Shown here one piece after another: positions 32,935-49,760 of a DNA stretch of 64,000 nt. Source of the DNA: the human T2T-CHM13v2.0 reference genome, Homo sapiens; the NCBI RefSeq assembly GCF_009914755.1, contig NC_060933.1. One strand, 5' to 3'. The translations under genes and the position numbers were made by a program. The notes below the pieces were generated by a model, which saw only the letters and a program-made list of their open reading frames with translations, did no database searches and was not told where the DNA came from. Position 1 is the stretch's first letter. Every line of letters starts with the position of its first letter.

Positions 32935-33309
32935 TATTATGTGTCCCCCTCCCCAAAATCCCTATGTTGAAGCCTTAACCCCCAGCACCACAGAAAATGA
33001 CTGCATTTGAAGTTAAGGCCTTTAAAGAGGCAACTGATGTTAAACAAGTTCATGAGGGCAGGCCTTAATCCACGACTGGTGTCTTTATAAGAGGAGATGA
33101 GGACACAGACATGTGAAGACTAGGGAAGACCTTGGGAAGACAGGGATGAAGCCACCATCTACAAGCCAAGGAGAGAGGCCTCCAATGAAACGAACCCGTC
33201 CCCTGCCTCTACCTTGGACTCCCAGTCTCCAGAACTGTGAGGAAATAAAGTTCTGTTGTTTCAGCCACCCAGTCTGTGGTTGTGTGTTATGGCAGCCCAA
33301 ACTAATACA
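32935..33309 (+). mobile_element. MLT1A/B-type MaLR LTR
   Basis: CAAGCCAAGGAGAGAGGCC..CTCCAGAACTGTGAGGAAATAAA..TTATGGCAGCCCAAACTAATACA. Confidence 0.85.
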
Positions 33310-33479
33310 ATGAGAAAGTTGCTAACATCTCTAAGCAAATGAGCTTGCCATTTGGTACCCTATGGGTCCCCTGGAAAGTATTTTTTCTGTTTTATTCCGC
33401 ACAATTGCTGGTTTCATAAATTCTTTCAAGAGTAAAAAAGCTGAGCCTTTTTGCTAAATTTCTTGGTGTTGTAGGATGG

Positions 33480-34112
<633 letters not shown>

Positions 34113-34139
34113 CTAAGCATAAAGCTAAGGGCTTCCCGT

Positions 34140-34300
34140 GCCCTTCTCACTGAATTTTCACAAGCACTCCACAAGGTTGCCCCATTTCACAGATGAGAAA
34201 ACTGAGACTTGGAGGGTTAAACTCTGTACTCAGGGTCACATAACTGGAAAGCAGAGTAATGAACTGGCCCTGTCTACCAAGGCCCGTGCTCTTGGCCACT
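34140..34300 (-). mobile_element. MIR
   Basis: CCCATTTCACAGATGAGAAAACTGAGAC..GGTCACATAACT. Confidence 0.65.
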
Positions 34301-35449
34301 TGGCTGTCCTGACTCCTGGGGGTCCTGGGGACTTGACAATTTCCACATCCCTCTTTCCGATTGCTTTCCTTGGATTCACACTAATGTCTGTGTCCCACTG
34401 AAAATGCAGCTAAGTCCTGCCTGCCAGATGTTATCAGGCCAGCATCCATAACCTCCTGCTGCTCCCCACCCCACAAGATGAAGGCAGGGGAGGTGAAGGC
34501 CATGTCTGTGTTTGGGGAGGACATACACAGGCAGACAAGCAGACGAGCTGTTGAAGATGAGAACCACACTTGTTCCACTTATAAGTGACTGCCATCGCCC
34601 TGGCTCCCAAGAGCCTGCCTCTGCCTACTCTTCACACCTTTCCAAGCACAGCTGACAATAGCTGCTGCATAGACAGAGGACACACAGCCTCCTGGTTTCC
34701 GCAGAACTCTCCAGACACTCCTTGGCTAGGTGTGAGGAGTGAATATTTTCTCACTCCTGTCCCGGCCTTCCCAGAACCCATAGAGAAACTGCAGAGGCTG
34801 GGAGCTGTCCAGCGTGGTGCATTTGAGTCATCCAAAATTATTCATTCTATTTTCCCCAGCGTCTCTTAACCTGTGCTGATGAGATGCAGAAATATGATAA
34901 AACAACCAAATCTATCACCTTTGTGATAATCTATTCATGATGAAGGCTCTCTGCTGTTTTCTAAGCAGAGCAATAGTCATAACAACACCCTGTACAACGT
35001 ACTTTTCGAGGAAACCCAATGTGGGTAAAACGAATCTGTAGCAGTTGATTCTCTATGTGCAGATCTACGTATAAACCCTTATGGAGCTCTGAGCTGAAAA
35101 GCTACGGCAGCAAAAGGCAATAGCAAACCAATGAATGCTGGGCCCTACTCAAGGTGGATAAGAGCTAGGGTTATTGATGCATTTTGATGCTCGGGGATGG
35201 GGCTGCAAAGAGGAAAAAAAAAAGAGTTTCCCGTGAAAAACTCAATAAAGACATGGAGTTGAAAACTACACTTCTGCAACTTCCATTAGATAAACAGGAT
35301 TTTAACCCACTTCAGCAGACTTTTGAGCAAAAGTCAAAATACAGATTGTTACAACCCCATCAAGGCTGAGCTTCTTGAGGCAAAAATAATGTCATGTATG
35401 ACTTTTGTCCTACTCATGGTGCCAAGCATTTGGTAAATGCTCAAACTTT

Positions 35450-35492
35450 ACACACACACACACACATACACACACTCTCTCTCTCTCTCTCT
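35450..35492. repeat. Compound (CA)n(CT)n microsatellite
   Basis: Read directly. Confidence 0.92.
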
Positions 35493-36512
35493 CGTCCTCC
35501 TCCTGGTCACTCACATTGAAATCTGCTCAGATATTACTGGCTACTGGAGAAACCTGAGCTATTGCAGAATTAGACTGCAGTGAAGTCCTCTTTAACCCCA
35601 GTGAAGCAGTTATGGGGGAAATGTTTTTCTAAACATGTTCTATGAAAAATATAACAAGGGGTCAGAACTCATAGAATGGTTAAGTTGCAAAAAGCCAAAC
35701 CAAACCAAAACAAAACGCCCTCTCTGCTCGGTCCTTTTTGGAGCCCTTTCTCCACTCCCTTCTGATGTGGCGGTGAGGAAAACAATGAAAGGAAGAGCTC
35801 AGTGTTTTCTCAATGCTTGTTAAGACAAAAACTCATTAGAAGTGGTTTTCTTGGAGGAGTGCTAATGTGGCTTAGCCTCCTCACTGGCATGTGTACTCAT
35901 TTCTTTCAAGTGAGTCATGAGAGGAGGGGGTTCATTTAGTTGGGGGATCTGTGTCCACTGTGGGGAAAATGGACCAGAAGACCATTCAGCTGTGGGCTAG
36001 GACTGGAAAAGGAGTAAGATACTCTCGCTGTGTTAGGAAGATGGCTTTCTAGAAGTGACCATGGAAAACTGGCATGAAGCCATCAGAATAGGAGAACTAT
36101 TAAGTTTCTATGCTTGTGACTTACATATATTTCAAGTGTAATCAGGGTTTGTTCCCACTGAATTCACTTTCGACCTAGCTGACAGTGATACTCTCTTGAC
36201 TGCCCCTTGGAGCTGTCATTTTGTGATGGTTCTCCTTGCTTCTAATCCAAGTGCTGTCATTGACCTAGCGTCCTTATCCCTGAAGTGTTTCACAGAGAGC
36301 AGAGAGGGACACCCACAGAGCCCCGAGAAAATCAAGAGCAAATAGAAGCTTCGTTAGACTCATGTAACTTGTATAATTCAAGTTTACCATTTTTACGCAT
36401 TTAAAAAAGATCTGCTTGGAAGTGAGTTGCTAGTATAAAAGGCCCGGGATCATTTTGATTTATCTGGCATCCTTTGGAAAACTTTAAAAACTTTTTGGTC
36501 AGTGATCTAAAT

Positions 36513-36837
36513 CAGGGGCTAGCAATCCACATCCCACTGGCCAAATCTGGCCTGCCATGAGCTAAGAATAGCTTATACCATTCTTATATTCGGTTTTTAC
36601 CAAGTGGTTGAAAAAAATTAAAAGAATATTTCATGACAGGAGAAAGTTATATGAAATTAAAATTTCCTTGTCTGCATATAGTTTTATTGGAAACAGCCAT
36701 GCTCATTGGTTTAAGTATTATCTACAGCTGCATTCTCAAAACAGCAGTGTTGAGCAGTTGCCCACAGAGACTGTACAGCCTGCAAAGCTGAAAATATTTA
36801 CTATCAGGACCTTTTGCAAAAAGTTGGTTGATTCCTG
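36513..36837. mobile_element. Near full-length MER58-type hAT-Charlie MITE
   Basis: CAGGGG..TCCTG termini; 8-bp TSD ATCTAAAT/ATCTCAAT. Confidence 0.8.
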
Positions 36838-36857
36838 ATCTCAATCAAAAGACTTGA

Positions 36858-37020
36858 AGCTGGGTGTGGCGTTGCACACCTATAATCCCAGCTACTGGGG
36901 ATGAGGCATGAGAATCGCTTGAACCCGAGGGGCGGAGGTTGTGGTGAGCCAAGATCACGCCACTGCACTCCAGTCTGGGCAACAGAGTGAGACCCTGTCT
37001 CAAGTAAATAAACAAATAAC
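36858..37020 (+). mobile_element. Alu right arm
   Basis: Consensus. Confidence 0.85.
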
Positions 37021-38609
37021 AGAGGACTTGAACTTCTAACTGGCCACCAGAATTTGTAAATTCAAATGTCTTCAGGAGCCAGACACAGGTCGGGGACAGG
37101 GTGGGAGCAGGTGCATTCAATCATGGATCATAATGGATTCCATGGTGAACTGAACAGGGTGCTTCCCCTACTTAGAGGCATTCAATTTCAACATTATAAA
37201 TTATGGTGCCACCCAGTGGTGTGTACGCAGGCTGGATTCTGCTTAGGGACCTACAATTTGTAGCCCTTTGAAAAATCTCCCACCTTTTTAATACAGTGGA
37301 GAGTTTGGATCTAACATGCCATGATGTTGAATCTAACATCCCAGCATATAAGTTAATGACAGTCATATAATAAGGTATTATTTAGAAAATGATAGATGTT
37401 TTGCACTTAAGAAAGCATGGAATGGGGAAGTCACATGTAGACGAGAACAGAATTAAGGCTGAATGGGACCAGAGATGATCTACAGAGGAGGAGAGGACTG
37501 GCCTAGAGAGACGGTCACTCCACCTTCGTCTGGCAGCCTGGGGGAAACCAAGTCAGGCCCTCTCTTTGAGGCTCGGTGCTAAGGTCTAAAGGAGAATGGT
37601 CAGCCTTCACGCTGAACAAATCACACAGCAATGCAACTATCAATTAGAGAATCTTTAAACCTGTCTTTAGTATTAATGAGAGAGTTACCATCCTCCTGGG
37701 GATAGGGAAAAAAATACCCAACACACTTGTACCACTGCATTATTTCTGGCCTTCACAGGAAAACACACCCAGAGGCAGTGACACAATAAACTCCACTTTA
37801 CTGGAGCAGAGCTGTTAACAGCACAAGTTTCTCTGAGTTCTCATTATTTATATACCACTCCCCGCCCCTTTCAGTAACAAGCTAAGCACCTCTTGCTGAC
37901 TGACTCAGCTCAGAGTATAAAATAAATGTGATCAAAAAAGCTACTGAACACTGCGCACAATGTGTAAAAGACTTCCTTTGCAGAGACAGTCATCAGGCCT
38001 CCAGAATTCTCCTGGGCCTACGGAGGGTGCAAGAACAGTGGACTGGGGCCCCCTGGCTATGTGCTTGCCTACTTAGCACAAAAGGACACTTGCTGCTTTT
38101 GAGAGGGAGCCTCCTCGACTGCTGATTAGTTGATGATGCCAAATGAAGCCCATTTTTTTGTGGGCAGTCCTGAAACGAATGGAGGTGAGTTCTCCATAGA
38201 GAAGACAGAGACCGGGTACTTGCCAAGTGCCAAGCTTGCTCACTGGACATAGGCAACCCTCCCCAGACTCCCTGAGCTGTCCAGGCTGCCACTGAAGTCC
38301 TGCCTGGGGTCAGGGAGGCCTGCCATCTGAATGTCGTCTCTTTCCTACCTGGTTCTTCTCATCTTCCCTGCCCCACCCAAGTCCAGGGATGGGTCTAACT
38401 TTAATGGAGACAGGAAAGTCAAAAATACAAAATCAAAAGCTTCCATTGCATCTAGCAAAAGTAAACCAATCTGGTAAAAAACAAATCTAAGGGATTTAGG
38501 CCTCCTTTTCAGAACAGAGCTCAAACAGTGCCAATTAAGAATTAAAGTTTCTTGCAGATGTAGAAAATCAAGACTTCTTCTAGAAGAAAAATAATGCTCA
38601 GCCTCTCAA

Positions 38610-39040
38610 GATGGATCACTTGAACACAGAAGTTCAAGACCAGCCTGGGCAATGTGGTGAAACCCCATCTCTACCAAAAATACAACAAATTAGCCAGGCG
38701 TAGTGGTGCTTGCCTGTGGTCCCAGATACTTGGGAGGCTGAGGCGGGAAGATTGCTTGAGCCCAAAGGTTGAGGCTGCAGTGAGCTATGATTGTGCCACT
38801 GCACTGCAGCCTGGGTGAGAGTGAGACTGAGACCCTGTCTCAAAAAAAAAAAAAAAAAAAGAGTGGTTTCTGATTGCAAAAACAGCACTAGGATTCCATA
38901 GATAAAAGAAGAATTTGGGCTGGCTGTGGTAGCTCACGCCTGTAATCCCAGCACTTTGGGAGGCTGAGATGGGAGGACTGCTTGAGCCCAGGAGATCAAA
39001 ACCAATCTGGGCAACACAGTAACACCCCAACTCTACAAAA
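38610..39040 (+). mobile_element. AluJ (38610-38860) plus monomer (38917-39040)
   Basis: Consensus. Confidence 0.85.
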
Positions 39041-39114
39041 GAAATGTAATTTTAAAAAGGACAATTTGATATTATTAAATCATACTGATATTATTCCCCC
39101 ATTTAACAGCTCAT

Positions 39115-39140
39115 ACACACACACACACACACACACACAC
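39115..39140. repeat. (CA)n microsatellite
   Basis: Read directly. Confidence 0.95.
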
Positions 39141-39159
39141 ATTTAGTATCATTTAATAT

Positions 39160-41610
39160 CATATACACACTCTTATCGTGTACAAAATAGTATATGATAA
39201 AATTGAACAACCATCCCTAATAAAAGCTTTCAGGAAAATAAAATAATTCCTCAGCAGTATAAAAGATCAGCTCTGAAACCTTTCCTCTGCAAGGTCAACA
39301 GTAAAATAAAGGTAGTATAACTACTAAAGTCTAGCCCAAAGCATAAATGGACACCCGCTCCCATTGCTATAATTTAACATTTTCCAGGAAATACTAATGA
39401 GTGCAATTAGATAAAATAAGAAGTAAATGGTGAGAAGAAGGGGGGGTTATAAAATAAGAATTATTTGCAGTTGACACAACTTTCTCTTTGAAAAAATTCA
39501 AGATAACTGAAAAATCTAATCTAAATTAAAGGTGCATTCACAGATGTAACTGTACAAAAGAGCACTGGCTTTCTTATATGCCAGCCATAACCAGTCAGAA
39601 TAAGCCTAACAATAAAAGTTCAGGACCTTGGTGAAGAAATGCATAAAGCCTCAATATAAAAGAAAATGAACAAACAAAATGCTTGCCATGCCTTTGGATG
39701 GTAAGGCTCAATGGTGTGAATATGGCAATTCTGTACAAATTCATCTACGGAATTAACACACACCGTAAGAATTTCTTTTTCTAGAACTTGACAAAGTTAT
39801 TTCTGAAGTTCATTTGGAGGAATAAACATGCCCAACTTGCCAAGAAAATTTTGCGGAAGAACAAATAATAAGTGAGCACTTGCAATACTAGTTATTAAAA
39901 TGGATTATTAAAGCTGTAATAATTAAGATAGTGAGATAGCAGCACAGGAAAAGACAAATCAGTGGAACAGAGTAGGGTCTGAAAATAACCTTAAGAATCT
40001 ATAGGGATTCTGTACATGGTAAATGGGGTATTTCAAATCAGTGAAACAGAAAATGTTTAATTTAGTAAGTGGCTTAGATGTCAGGTAAAAGAAAAAAATT
40101 AAATCTTAGTCCCTACCTCATACTTTTCACTCAAATGATTTCCAAATGGGCTATAAATGTAAATGTAAAAAATAAAGCCATAACGATAAAATATAGGTGA
40201 GCATTTTTAGAATCCTGGAATAAAGAGAGACTTTCTAAACATGAAACCAAAAGCAAAATCCTACTTGAAGGATAGTTTTGAATACGTAAAAATGTTAAAC
40301 TTCTGCATGTTAAAAATATATATAAGTAGAAAAATTTAAGAATCAAAATAAATTAAAAGAAATTGAAGCATATGACAAAATGTTAAAATCTGTAACACAG
40401 AAAGGACTTGCAAATCAAAAAGGAACAGCCCAACTTAATAAAAGTGGGCAAGGATGCAAATAAATAATTTATAAAGTAAGAAATACTGGCCAGACGTGGT
40501 GGTTCATGCCTGTAATCTCAGCACTTTGGGAAGTCGAGGCAGGCAGATTGCTCGAGCCCAGGAGTTTGAGACCAGCCTGGGTAACATGGCGAAACCTCAT
40601 CTCTACTAAAAATGCAAATATTATCCAGGCTGTGTGGTGCACACCTACAGTCCCAGCTACTCAGGTGGGAGGATCACTTGAACCAGTGAGACAGAGGTTG
40701 CAGTAAGCTGAGATTGTGTCACTGCACTCCAGTCTGGGTAACAGAGCCAGACGCTGCCTCAAAATAAATAAATAAATAAATACATAAATAAAATACTAAT
40801 GACCAAGAAATAAATACGAAAATATTTAATATTTCATACAAAAATATATTCAATCTCACAAGTAATCAAAACATGCCAATTAAGACACCAGCAAGATATC
40901 TGTGAGGCTAGTGAAAACGTTAAAAAATCTGTTCATACCGACCACGGGTGGAGGCATGAGGAAACAGGCCCTCTACCACACTGGTGGGATTTATAATTAA
41001 TCCAGGGCCATCTGGCAATATTCTCCTGCAGATTATTTTTGGCAATTAATTTGATAATAATTAGATAGAGACATGAAAAGGGATACCAGCATTGCTTATG
41101 AGAGCTAAAAGGTGGTAACTTAAATGCTCAAAAATAAAGGGCTGGTTTAATACATAAAGTATATCCTTACAGGGGACTAATATGTACCTGTGAAAAAGGT
41201 ACCAGACTGTTATATAATGAAATGGAAAGATGTTAGCCATACACTGCTAACTGAGAAGAACAATGTATGATCAGCTGCATAAGTGTGTGAATATATATGG
41301 AGAGAAAAAAATCCTGTTGCCCACAAAATATGGGCTGGCTGAGGTGGTTCATGCCTGTAATCCTAACACTTTGGGAGGCTGAGGCAGGAGGACTATTTGA
41401 AGTCAGGAGTTCAAGACCAGCTTGGGCAACACAGTAAGACCCCATCTCTACTACAATTTAAAATTAAAAAAATATTAAGTAAAAAGAATATATACAAAAT
41501 TTGAACAATTACTATCTACCAGTGAGGAGATAAAGAATAACTTCTACTTCCTTTTGTAATTTTTCCCTATGTTTTCTGATTTTTTAAACAGTGAGTATAA
41601 ATTTCTTTTA
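39160..41610 (+). mobile_element. Old L1ME-like ORF2/3' fragment with nested Alus
   Basis: Degenerate L1 motifs (GAACTTGACAAAG..TTCTGAAGTTCATTTGGA, ATCAGTGGAACAGAG, AAAGTGGGCAAGGA). Confidence 0.7.
40487..40795 (+). mobile_element. Alu
   Basis: Consensus. Confidence 0.88.
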
Positions 41611-41845
41611 TGAGAAAAAGTCAGAAAAAGTTATTTTAATATTTTTTAAAAGTCTTACAGAAAACAGCGATACATCTGAGTTTAAACCATTCCACAAATG
41701 GCTTGATCAAGAATATATTCCAGGCCAGACATGGTGGTTTATGCCTGTAATCCCAGCACTTTGGAAGGCTGAGGAGGGAGGACTGCTTGAGGCCCAGAGT
41801 TCAAGACCAGCATGGGCAACATAGTGAAACCTCATCTCTTAAAAA
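41333..41845 (+). mobile_element. Two FLAM/Alu monomers (41333-41470, 41722-41845)
   Basis: Consensus. Confidence 0.8.
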
Positions 41846-41991
41846 TTTTAAAAGGAATATATTCCATGGGCATGGAAGTGGAGGGCAGTAGGTGATTTAC
41901 TTTCTATTGAGAAATTACTGGGACACTTCAGTAAGTGATCCATGACCAAAGAGAGAAGAGTCATTTTGTCTTCTTCTCAAACTAATTGTCA

Positions 41992-42358
<367 letters not shown>

Positions 42359-43164
42359 TCACTCCTCTATTTCCACCTCTCCTACTTTTTCCATATGTGA
42401 AAGGGACATGGCCCTCTTATAAGAACAGACAGGAACCTTCCTTCAGAGGTGGAAATGCACAAACAGTAACAGTAGGGTTGCCCAACAAAGGAGTGTCCTT
42501 GTTAGAAAGCAGGTGAGAGGAGTCAGATCATGAAGAAGTGCAAAGATTTGAGTCTAAGAAAGCATTCATGGACCAGACTGGTGGGGAATGCATCCACATA
42601 GACCTGCCCTGACCCTAGGCCTCAAGCACCCCATTTGTCCATCACCATCTGGCTTCTCTCCTCACCAAAAAGCAATGTCAACATGCAGGTACGAAACATG
42701 AACAGTTGCTTTTTTCCCATTCTCCATTACCCTCATGTGCAGAACCACCAATACACATTACGGAAGAGGTGTGCAGGCCATTCCTGGGTACAGAGAAGTC
42801 CACATTTTTCTGCATACATCATTTCAATGAACACTGAACTCAAAAATCATTCATTCAAAAGTCTCCTGTTTATCAGAAATATTGCTTTGCATGTAGATGT
42901 TCTGAACGAATAAAAATGTTAAATAGGCTTTGAAAGAATAATCCTGCCTGAATGCCATCCCATCATATTACTACCATTTGCTTCTGACCTCTCACTGAAT
43001 CCTGCTTGTGATTTGGCTTCCGTTTATATTGTATTTGTTGATACAACAGAGACAGTGTAGGGCTTAGGTGTGAGATTTTACTTCCGGATCTCTGTGTTTA
43101 TCTGTAGAAAGCAACTTGTCCTATGCTTTAGGTTCTGAAATGAGAAGTGGGTGTGTGTCTCTGA

Positions 43165-43997
<833 letters not shown>

Positions 43998-45876
43998 TGA
44001 AAACTAAAAATAGTGCAGAGGCAAAATGTGGACCCTAAACATAAATTTTTAACACAATGAAGATCTGCCTCTTGGTGTAGTGTGATAAAAGATCATAAAA
44101 GTCAGAGTAACAGAATTTAGAGGTGGATGAAATCTTAGGGATCCTCCAAAGGCCCAGAAAGATGATGCAACCTCCCCACAACCACATAGCTAGCCCTTCA
44201 AAGACCAGACCCTGGCCCAGACTAGGTAATTCCTGCCATCCCAGACTATGCTGCCTTTGTTCAGCTATTTGTGGGAAACATAGATAATAAATATCTACCT
44301 AGGCATTAAATATTGAACAAGATATAAATGCCTAATGGCAAAGCTATCCCAAGAACAGATTCTTTGAATCTTTGCAATTTTGGTGATTTTTATCACCATG
44401 GAATTCAAACCTGTCATGTTTTAGATGAAGCCAACTCAGAGGGCAGATGACGTGCCCAAGGACGCCCTGCACAATAGTGTGTGACCAGATTAAAACCAGG
44501 TTTCAAATTGCTCCTTCAGTTTTATGCACAAAATGAGATTAGATGTGAAAGAAGAGCCTGGACTCAAACTAAAAGCACAGAGACTGACCTTTCACAGTGC
44601 CTTTTTTTCCAATTCTCTGCCTTCCAGGCCCTTCCTTCCAAATGCATTGCCTCAGGGGGATCAGACATAGTTTAGGATAAATAAGTTGCCACTGAGCTTT
44701 AATTTTCAAAGTAGCATTTAGAAAACCTAAGTCCTTGAGCTTAAAAAAACTCTCAATTTGCCAGATCTTCCAACCAAGACATGAGGGGCAGAAAAAGAGA
44801 AAGAGCTGGTAGGACTGTATTAGAGACACAGAGGTCTCTAAGAAATATCCAGGTCTTTATTCTCCTTGTAGAGACAGCCTTCGAGACATGCCTAGAGGAA
44901 GTGCCTTATACAAATAAGGTCCTCTTGGAAGCCCCACACAGGCCATAACACCTGAGGAGTTGGGGAGCTACAGCTGAGAGGGGTCTCAGTGTGCGCACCC
45001 TTCTAAAGTGCAGGGTGGGGAAAAGGACTGTGTTCCTGAGCCCAAAACTGTGCTGTTGGAGAAATCCACAGGAGGACTGGGTCACAGTGCAAGGATCTAA
45101 CACCCAGAGCCACTGATGTCAGCCTGTGAGGATGGGGACACAGGCAAGTGCATGACAGACGTCTCAGTGGACATCACCACAAGGTCAAAGGACAGCATGC
45201 AACATGGATGGCTCTCCCACGAGGCTGAAACAAGAGATGAGCCCCATGCCCACCAAACAGAAGATCACTCCCAGGGAAAGGAAAGGCAAGGGACCCCGAA
45301 TTAGAGAGAGAACCCTGATTTTGCAAACATTTAGCCAAAAGAGAATACAATTTAATGCAGAAGTAACTGAGACCCTGAAATGCCAAGAAAAAGATTGTCC
45401 CCCAGCAGCAGAAATGGAGAGACTGATGCCTGATTAGTCAACACGTACTCTACCTGCTAGGCTGTGGCATTCATAAGGACTCATGGTGAAAAGTGATGCC
45501 ACTCCAGCAAGTGTTTCCATCCAGCTTTTTCCCTCTGGGCTCAACCTCTGCACACTGTATGCACACCACAGTATGGCTGCAGTGGCCATAAATCCTACTC
45601 ATACATGCCACATGGGCCACCAGCAGCTTTTCAAGCTTTTAACCCTTCTACTCTTGGGATGGAGTGAGCCACTAAGTCACATGGCTTGATGTTTGGCACC
45701 AAAGACCACAAAGAACTGCAGGTCAGAGCTGTCCACCCTTCACAAAACAGTCCCCACTCAACCCTCCCCCTGAGATCTCAGAAAAGGAATATAGTCCCCT
45801 CTTTGGGCATGTATTTCTAGAGGGTGTTTTGAAATTTAGGAGCAAGCAGGGCTTTGGGAAGAAATGCCTCGGGTTA

Positions 45877-46890
<1,014 letters not shown>

Positions 46891-47674
46891 AAGAAATGCC
46901 TCAGGTTAGAGAAAATAGCCTATGTTTTTCACACTGGGAACCCCCCGCTTCAGTGGTATAATGCTCACTGAACAAGCATTTTGGGGCTGGCCATGAGTAT
47001 GGATTACAATACGAGAGAAAGCCAGCTGTTTGGTTGTCATTCTGCTTATTTTCCTTAAAATGGTAATGGTACAAAACTACTGTAGAATTACAGAGCACAG
47101 GGAGTTAAGTCACTTTTATGTGTTTTTGTTAAGTTGTTTTTAAGCTCTACTTTTTGCCTCTTATGATTTATTACAGTGTTTTTCTTGGGCATTGTGCACA
47201 CTGAATACACTTCTGAATCCCAGTGGGAACTGCCATATAAACAGCTCGTCTTTGCATAGACTAGGCTTTTACCTATTAGCATATAGGGTAATAAATGTTC
47301 CTGTAAACATGATTTGTTTCTCTGGACATTAAAATGGACAGACTGGAATTAAAACCAAGTCAATGGCTTTGAAGTTCACCCTGCTGCTGTTATACTTGTT
47401 CCATGTGAGGCTTTTATTATTGGCTTCTAGAACATCCACTCAGGAGGGCCAGTGGGTGTTTGCCTAAGCGTATGTAATACCTGTCAAAATCATCTATCTT
47501 CTGCAAAGACCCTTCTGTACATTCACTTATGGCCTATCTTTCGGGTTGAACTCCAGAGATAGTTCGGAGCTCCTTCCCACCAAAAGGAAGAAAAATATAT
47601 AGAAAAAAAAATATCGTACTGTTTGCCTCTCATTTTGTCAAACTCTGTTCTTTGGAAAATCCTGTTGGTAGTTA

Positions 47675-47999
<325 letters not shown>

Positions 48000-48024
48000 C
48001 TAAATGGGATGACAGAGAGAATGG

Positions 48025-48557
48025 GTGTTGGTTTTGCCTGTCTGGCATTTGTTCCCTTCTGGATAATAAATAACACATTAAATTTCCTTTTGGCAACAAC
48101 TCCTTCCCCATTCTGGATATATGTAGTTCCAGGGAGGGTGACCCCACACCTCCAGACCCAGAGATTGGATGTGACCCAGTCGTGCCACAGTGATTCATTT
48201 CAGGGATGGGGCACACAATCTGAACTAGTCATGGAGCTTAAAGCCTGGAACTTTTGCTGGAATCTTTGGGAATGGAAAACTGTCTTTCCTTGGGGTTTGC
48301 TTAAGTGGCAGGATATGAGTCTGGAACTGCGGGCAGCCATCTCACCACTATTTGGAGACAGCCCCCACCAACCCCATGAATGAGGCTGTAGCAAAAGGCA
48401 GCAAAACTGAGCCATGGAGAGGCAGAAACTGAGTGCCTGTATCCACAGACACCGAAATGAGAGCTACCCCTAGATGTGTTTGTAACCTGAACCAATAAAG
48501 TTTCATTTTTTTTATTAAGCCAGTCCCTGTTTGGATTCTGTTGTCCTGACTAATACA
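48025..48557 (+). mobile_element. Old MaLR/ERVL LTR (MLT1J/K/L-like)
   Basis: GGCAGCCATCT..GAACCAATAAA..TTAAGCCAGT..CTGACTAATACA terminus. Confidence 0.65.
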
Positions 48558-48879
48558 GCTTTGGGCCCACAACCAGGTTATTTTTCAATGGGAAGGAAGC
48601 AGCTTCTGGATAACTATGGAAAATACAGAGTAGGTATGGTCAGAGTCCAAGATTTCTGCTGACACTCCTAACCGAGGTTCATGAAAACCAACCATAAGCC
48701 AGAGTCAGAACAACAAGAGTAGACAGCTGAAGACTGGTGGCTCTGGGACCAAACCCAAGAGAACCACGTAAAACACAGGGTCTCTTCCCACTGGCGGAAA
48801 CTCAAGGGGTCCAGATCAGCAAGCATTCATGCCCAACTCCACCCACCTAGAGATAGACTAGGAAAATTCCAGTGTAACC

Positions 48880-49050
48880 TTGAACTACGTTAACTAACTC
48901 CCAGTCTGATTCCTCCTATTAAATGAGAAGAACAGCACCTTTCTATCTCACAGGATTGCTGTGAGTTTAAATGTGACAATGCATGTAAACCATTTAGCTT
49001 GGAACCTGACATATAATAAATGTTAGAAATTGTCATTATTATCACTATTA
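48880..49050 (+). mobile_element. MIR
   Basis: CTCACAGGATTGCTGTGAGTTTAAATGTGACAATGCATGTAAA. Confidence 0.6.
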
Positions 49051-49109
49051 GCCACAAAATCCAAAGTGCCTGGTACCAGCATTTTACACAGCTTTTTGCA
49101 TGTAAGTCA

Positions 49110-49478
<369 letters not shown>

Positions 49479-49549
49479 CTAATCTGGAATTCTAAACAAA
49501 AATTCTAGGAATCAAGGGCTTCTGGAACACACACATAAATTCTTTATTT

Positions 49550-49760
49550 TTAATTATAATGGTGTGCTAAATGATTTAAACACCTCATCTGAATTAAGCT
49601 TCATAACAACTTCATAAATATATAATTACTGAGCTCCATTTTACAGATGAGAAACCTGAGGCTCAGAGAAGGTAAGTAGAGCCTGAGTTGTCATAAATAG
49701 AATGGTGGAGACAGGATTCAAAAACCCATGTCAGAAGGACCCAAAAGCCTGTGCTCTGAC
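49550..49760 (-). mobile_element. MIR
   Basis: CCATTTTACAGATGAGAAACCTGAGGCTCAGAGAAGGTAAGT. Confidence 0.7.
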
